From NCBI GenBank assembly GCA_964417635.1, contig CAYQIY010000005.1, positions 14,070 to 78,069 on the forward strand: a stretch of 64,000 nt of DNA. Direction: 5' to 3'. A program made the translations under genes and the position numbers. A model generated the notes under the pieces. The model made no database searches. It was not told where the DNA came from and saw only the letters and a program-made list of their open reading frames with translations. Positions 59,776 to 64,000 of this stretch are shown one piece after another. Positions within the stretch are counted from its first letter, which is position 1; each line of letters starts with the position of its first letter. This stretch comes from an uncultured Pseudomonadota bacterium (GTDB lineage Bacteria > Bacillota > Sulfobacillia > JAUYEF01).

Positions 59776-61914
59776 ATGGCCGGTGTCAGGCGTGTTTTCG
59801 TTTGTGTTGTCGTATCGCTGGCGATGCTGTTTGCTCTGCTGCCGCCCGGGGCTGCATTGGCCGAGGCGCTTCCCGAAGCGCCCTATCTAGAAGTCATAAT
59901 GCAGAGCACACCGGCCGCCAGCGCGTTTATCAACTCGTATCTTTCAGATCCGTTGTTCCGCGACTCAGATGGGATCATGCACTTAGGCCCTTCGGGCATA
60001 AGCCCGCATGACGGTCTGTATACCAGGTCTACCGACTCGGGACAGACATGGTCTCCTCGTATCAACATAACCAGGGAGGCAACTGCTTCCAAGGGCGGCA
60101 CTATCTACGTCAACAACACTACCAAAAAAGGCCTCTATATGGGTTTTTTCAACGTGTCCGGGTATAATCTCAACTACACATATGACGGAGGACTCACTTG
60201 GACCACCGGAGCATACCGCTTCATACCCGGTTCAAGCGGAGGTCTGACCTCGTACCTCTATCCTCTGGGCTCTGCCTACGATGGCGAAAACACAGTGTAT
60301 GCTGTGACGTGGAGTTCTTACTACCACTGGGGCAATGGAAAAGCAGCCATATCCAAGAGCACAGACTTAGGTACCACATGGACGTCGATGGCGGGAGTAG
60401 CGAATTCGAATACGATGTTGCTTGACTCGAACGACAGATACGCCATAGATGCAGTCGACCTGATAATCGATGCAGACGGTGTGCTGTACGTGCTGTACCT
60501 CGCGAACGATACCCAGAACAAGTGGAACCTCAAAGCGTACAACAGCGCCACATCGGTGCGCGAGACCGTAGTTCAAGATTTGGGGTACACAAGATTTGGT
60601 GTAACAGGTGTGACCGCATGGTTTGAGCAGGACGGAAAAAGCCTGAATGTGGCGTTTGTGAGAGAAACAGGGCCGAACGAAGCCTCAGCGATATACCATA
60701 CCAGAAGAGACGTCTCAGGTACCTGGAGTGAGCCCGAGATTGTGGGCACAGACGGGCTCGCGCGCAGACCTTCGCACCTGTCAAGCGCAATAGATGCCGA
60801 AGCCAATACCTACGTGATCTGGTCAAACTACGACGGAGCGCGAAACCGCATGTTCTCATCGGCGAAGCCCGCAGGAGCGGCTTGGGGGCCTGTCACCGAA
60901 GTGTTGACAGATGATCCGACGGTTAGCGCTTGGACTCCGTGGATGAGCGCGGTGGAGCCGGGCGTTGTAGAGGTGGTATTCTCTCGCGCTGTTGGCAGCG
61001 CACGTTCAGCTGGCTATGCCCAGATGCGACTTGCGAATGTGGCGCCTGCCGACGACACACCTCCTTTGATTAGCGCAGAGATCTCGGGAGTTATGGGTGA
61101 AGACGGTTGGTATGTGTCTGATGTGGTTATCATCTGGAATGTGTCTGACGAACAATCGGAGATAACTTCTATCATAGGCGGCGAGCCGATCTTCGTGACA
61201 GAAGACACCGAAGCCGCGGTGTATACATGCCAAGCCACTTCGCTAGGAGGCACGTCAGAGCTGAGTGTGGTAATCAAGAGAGATGCCACTGCGCCCGAGA
61301 TTGTTGTTGTATCACCGCTTCCCGGAGCGTATTCGACCGCAGATAGTATAGTGTTCGAGTATAGCGCATCTGACTCGATGTCGGGGCTTGCCAGCGTATC
61401 CGCCGAACTCAACGGTACAGTAGTATCTGCCGGTGACACATTCAGCCTGGCCCAGAGCGCAGGTGCCAACGTATTTACCGTTGTCGCCCAGGATGTGGCC
61501 GGCAACCAGATTACGAGCGTGGTGCACTTCGATGTGTTGTTAAGTGCAACTCTGGCGCTTGACCCAAAGACTCTTAACGTCGGGAGCCAGGCAGACAAGA
61601 ACGCTGTGACCGCATATATCGAGTTCGGTTCCGGTTACGAAGCAGACCAAGTGGACGTGACGAGTGTACGACTTCGTGTCGGAGAGCGCGAGGTTTGTGC
61701 TCAGACAAGGCCTGTGGAATTCGGTGACTATGATCGGAACGGAATCGGCGATCTTATGCTTAAGTTCAACAGGCAGGAGGTCATTTCCGCGCTCGGCACG
61801 CTCACGGGCGATGTGAGTGTGAAAGTCACAGGCAAGATGCTGGATGGAACTGCGTTTGAGTCTCATGCAAGCATAAACGTGATAAACCCGGGAGTGAAGG
61901 TTCGCACTCGCTGA
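59776..61914 (+). CDS. secreted BNR/Asp-box repeat protein (sialidase-like glycosyl hydrolase fold) with C-terminal Ig-like domains
   Basis: Signal peptide; Asp-box repeats SGQTWSPR, DGGLTWTT, TDLGTTWTS. Confidence 0.65.
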   Translation: MAGVRRVFVCVVVSLAMLFALLPPGAALAEALPEAPYLEVIMQSTPAASAFINSYLSDPLFRDSDGIMHLGPSGISPHDGLYTRSTDSGQTWSPRINITREATASKGGTIYVNNTTKKGLYMGFFNVSGYNLNYTYDGGLTWTTGAYRFIPGSSGGLTSYLYPLGSAYDGENTVYAVTWSSYYHWGNGKAAISKSTDLGTTWTSMAGVANSNTMLLDSNDRYAIDAVDLIIDADGVLYVLYLANDTQNKWNLKAYNSATSVRETVVQDLGYTRFGVTGVTAWFEQDGKSLNVAFVRETGPNEASAIYHTRRDVSGTWSEPEIVGTDGLARRPSHLSSAIDAEANTYVIWSNYDGARNRMFSSAKPAGAAWGPVTEVLTDDPTVSAWTPWMSAVEPGVVEVVFSRAVGSARSAGYAQMRLANVAPADDTPPLISAEISGVMGEDGWYVSDVVIIWNVSDEQSEITSIIGGEPIFVTEDTEAAVYTCQATSLGGTSELSVVIKRDATAPEIVVVSPLPGAYSTADSIVFEYSASDSMSGLASVSAELNGTVVSAGDTFSLAQSAGANVFTVVAQDVAGNQITSVVHFDVLLSATLALDPKTLNVGSQADKNAVTAYIEFGSGYEADQVDVTSVRLRVGEREVCAQTRPVEFGDYDRNGIGDLMLKFNRQEVISALGTLTGDVSVKVTGKMLDGTAFESHASINVINPGVKVRTR

Positions 61915-61976
61915 CCTAGCGGTTGTTGCGACAGAGCGGGCGGCTATCTCTGAAGCTGCCCGCTCTTTGAGTGTGG

Positions 61977-63275
61977 CTAGTTCTTGATTCTAACCTTGGC
62001 GTCAGGGCTGAGCTCTCTCGGCGGTGATACCACGACTGAGTCGTCTTCAGACAAACCTAAGACGATTTCTACCTGCGTATCTGTCTCTATCCCACGCACA
62101 ACGCTGCTCAGTACGGCTCTGCCGTCTCTTACGATGAACACATGGTGCTTACCGTGCATCTCAAACAGCGCCTTTGCCGGTATCAGCATTCCGTGAGACT
62201 GCCCCACCACTATGTCTACATCGACAGGGTAGCCTGCCAACACGTTCTTGGGGCGGGGGTCAGTGAGCGCTATCTCCACTCGCACCCGGCGCTGCCTGAG
62301 CCCGAGGTCAGATAGTGATTCTGTGGCTCGCGACGAAATCTTTGATATCTTGCCTAAGAGCTCTTCGCCGCCTAATGAATCGCCATGCACCAGCACTTCT
62401 TGGCCAATTGACACGAGCGGCATATCCTGTGCAAGCACTTCACACACCACCTTCAGGTCGTGCGAGTAGATGGTAGCTATGACAGACCCAGGCAAAACCA
62501 CAGCACCCTTTTTCACCTGAAGGTCGACCACTGTTCCGTCAATAGGTGAAGTCACGGATCGCTTCGTCATTTCGTGACGCAGAGTTTCGGCCTCGAGCGA
62601 GAGCGCATCTATCTGTGCCAGGTACATCCCCATACCCTCCGGAGATAGCAGCCCCATCGCTTCTCGCACGGCTGCTTCGGCGCTCTTCAGGCGCGCAGTG
62701 GCCAGTTCATAACGGTCAACTGCGGCTTCCCATTCCTTTTCCTGAACGAATCCGAGCAGGTAAAGGTTGCGTAACTCTGGTATGTCCTCAAGAGTGCGCT
62801 CATCTGACTCGAGCCACGCAAGAGAACCGATCTTCTTGCGAAGTTCGGTAACATGGTCAAGCGCTCGTTCATGCTCGATTCGTGCCGCGTCAGCCTCTGC
62901 CTCGGCTCGCTTCAGCGCAGCCGGGACTTCAAGCTGAGAAGCAGCGAAATAGCGGGCTTTGGCTGCGCTCAAGTTGGATTCGATTATCGCGAGTCGAAGC
63001 CTTAGATCTTCTGTGTCCCCGAACACAAGCACATCGCCAACCGACACTCTTGTGCCCTCTTGAACGAACACCTGCTCTACCGCAAACTGGCTCTGCGCGT
63101 AGACACGAACCTCGTTTTGTGCAACAAGATAACCGGTTTCAGATACGGTTCGAGAGATGTCGCCGCTTCGTACGCGTGCGACATGCACCTCTACGCCCGA
63201 AGACCTGTTCCACGCAAAAGCGCTAGCGAGAACAAGTATTAGTAAGACGACCAGCAGAAGTACTTTCTTTTTCAC
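61977..63275 (-). CDS. HlyD-family periplasmic adaptor (membrane fusion protein) of an efflux system
   Basis: N-terminal TM anchor, coiled-coil region, beta-barrel C-terminal domain. Confidence 0.8.
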   Translation of the reverse strand: MKKKVLLLVVLLILVLASAFAWNRSSGVEVHVARVRSGDISRTVSETGYLVAQNEVRVYAQSQFAVEQVFVQEGTRVSVGDVLVFGDTEDLRLRLAIIESNLSAAKARYFAASQLEVPAALKRAEAEADAARIEHERALDHVTELRKKIGSLAWLESDERTLEDIPELRNLYLLGFVQEKEWEAAVDRYELATARLKSAEAAVREAMGLLSPEGMGMYLAQIDALSLEAETLRHEMTKRSVTSPIDGTVVDLQVKKGAVVLPGSVIATIYSHDLKVVCEVLAQDMPLVSIGQEVLVHGDSLGGEELLGKISKISSRATESLSDLGLRQRRVRVEIALTDPRPKNVLAGYPVDVDIVVGQSHGMLIPAKALFEMHGKHHVFIVRDGRAVLSSVVRGIETDTQVEIVLGLSEDDSVVVSPPRELSPDAKVRIKN

Positions 63276-63286
63276 GGCAAAACCCC

Positions 63287-64000
63287 CTACGTGATGCGAG
63301 TCTTGAGCGCGTCCATGAACTGAAGACGGCTGATTCTACGCCAGAGTGCCATCATAACCAAGCCAAAGAAGACGACGGTGATTCCACCACACACGAAATA
63401 GGGTAACGGCAGCACGTCTTCTGGAAGAAAGTACATCTCGCTGCTGAAAGTGCGCGCAATGCCGATGCACAATCCGTAACCCAGAGGTATGCCGAGCAGC
63501 ACTCCTGACACCAGGGCGGCAAAGTTCTCTTTGGCAACCATGGCCAAAATCTCTCGTCTGTGGAAGCCTAGCACTCTCATGGTGGCGAACTCTCTTAATC
63601 GTTCGGAAAGGCTTATAGACGAGGTGGTAAACAATACGGCGAATCCAAGTGCGCAGCCGAAAAACACCATCATGCTTAGCGAATAAGTACCCATCTCCAT
63701 GAGTTCGTTGTATGCGTTAATGAGCGCGGTGGCGTTATACACCGCAAGCACTCCGGGCGCAGAGTCGAGGTCGGCGCTCACCTGGCCTTCTGTCTTAAGA
63801 GCTACGCCGTTAATAACGTTCTTTGTGCCCAAGATTCTTTCCATTTGGCCAAGCGACACGTATGCCCCTGTTCCGAGGTACTGCCTGACAACGTCTTCAA
63901 CTGCAATGTAGTGTTTTGTGTCAGGGTCTCGCGGCGATACGACTGCGATGACAGAACCTCTTTCGACGCCCAGCTGCAGTGCGATGAACTCCGAAATCAG
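63287..64000 (-). CDS. FtsX-like ABC transporter permease (MacB-type), N-terminus beyond window edge
   Basis: C-terminal FtsX 3-4 TM domain; frame stays open upstream of the listed Met (which is an in-frame GTG) to nt 64000. Confidence 0.75.
   Translation of the reverse strand: MISEFIALQLGVERGSVIAVVSPRDPDTKHYIAVEDVVRQYLGTGAYVSLGQMERILGTKNVINGVALKTEGQVSADLDSAPGVLAVYNATALINAYNELMEMGTYSLSMMVFFGCALGFAVLFTTSSISLSERLREFATMRVLGFHRREILAMVAKENFAALVSGVLLGIPLGYGLCIGIARTFSSEMYFLPEDVLPLPYFVCGGITVVFFGLVMMALWRRISRLQFMDALKTRIT

Overview
High-GC (~57%) bacterial chromosomal window, densely coding, with strong GGAGG-type ribosome-binding sites. DarA, BioY, DUF134 and HD-GYP content suggest a Firmicutes-like or deep-branching Gram-positive lineage. 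There are no rRNA genes, intact tRNA genes or CRISPR arrays.

Main content:
- **Peptide/amide catabolism.** Two minus-strand operons each combine an oligopeptide-type ABC importer (family-5 binding lipoprotein plus two permeases, no ATPase genes) with hydrolases. Operon 1 is RpiR / D-aminoacylase / SBP / DppB / DppC / M20 AbgB-like. Operon 2 is DegT aminotransferase / DppB / DppC / SBP / amidohydrolase / M20 dipeptidase. Further amidohydrolases, a third M20 enzyme, an MBL hydrolase and a VOC enzyme lie elsewhere in the window.
- **Divergent pair.** A plus-strand acetolactate-synthase-like TPP enzyme and a class-V aminotransferase sit opposite operon 2.
- **Unknown-function cluster (20.8-25.4 kb).** A tightly packed plus-strand run of four membrane proteins (two bitopic + 6-TM pairs) and a 536-aa soluble protein follows a DUF134 regulator and a palindromic operator-like site.
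- **Large multidomain proteins.** A 995-aa TPR / PRiA4_ORF3 / SEC-C protein has an in-frame TAG separating it from an upstream TPR-like extension. A 950-aa secreted dockerin-Fn3-GLUG-repeat protein and a BNR-repeat secreted protein are also present.
- **Second-messenger signalling.** A membrane PAS-GGDEF-HD-GYP sensor, a PAS protein, a hybrid SBP-PAS histidine kinase, a single-domain REC, a REC-PAS-HD-GYP regulator and a DarA-like c-di-AMP receptor.
- **Lower-GC islet (55.8-58.3 kb).** It contains two copies of a ~165-nt conserved non-coding element (56020-56182 and 57854-58020) with conserved ends, a variable middle and one compensatory base change; both copies end in a Shine-Dalgarno sequence. 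Between them lie a cupin gene, the DarA-like gene, a tRNA-like 3' fragment and a C-terminal remnant of a tyrosine integrase.
- **Other.** A radical-SAM N-terminal pseudogene fragment followed by a gene desert, several strong intrinsic terminators, and a window-end HlyD / FtsX-like efflux pair.

Family calls rest on motif recognition and my memory of those families. No database search was run.
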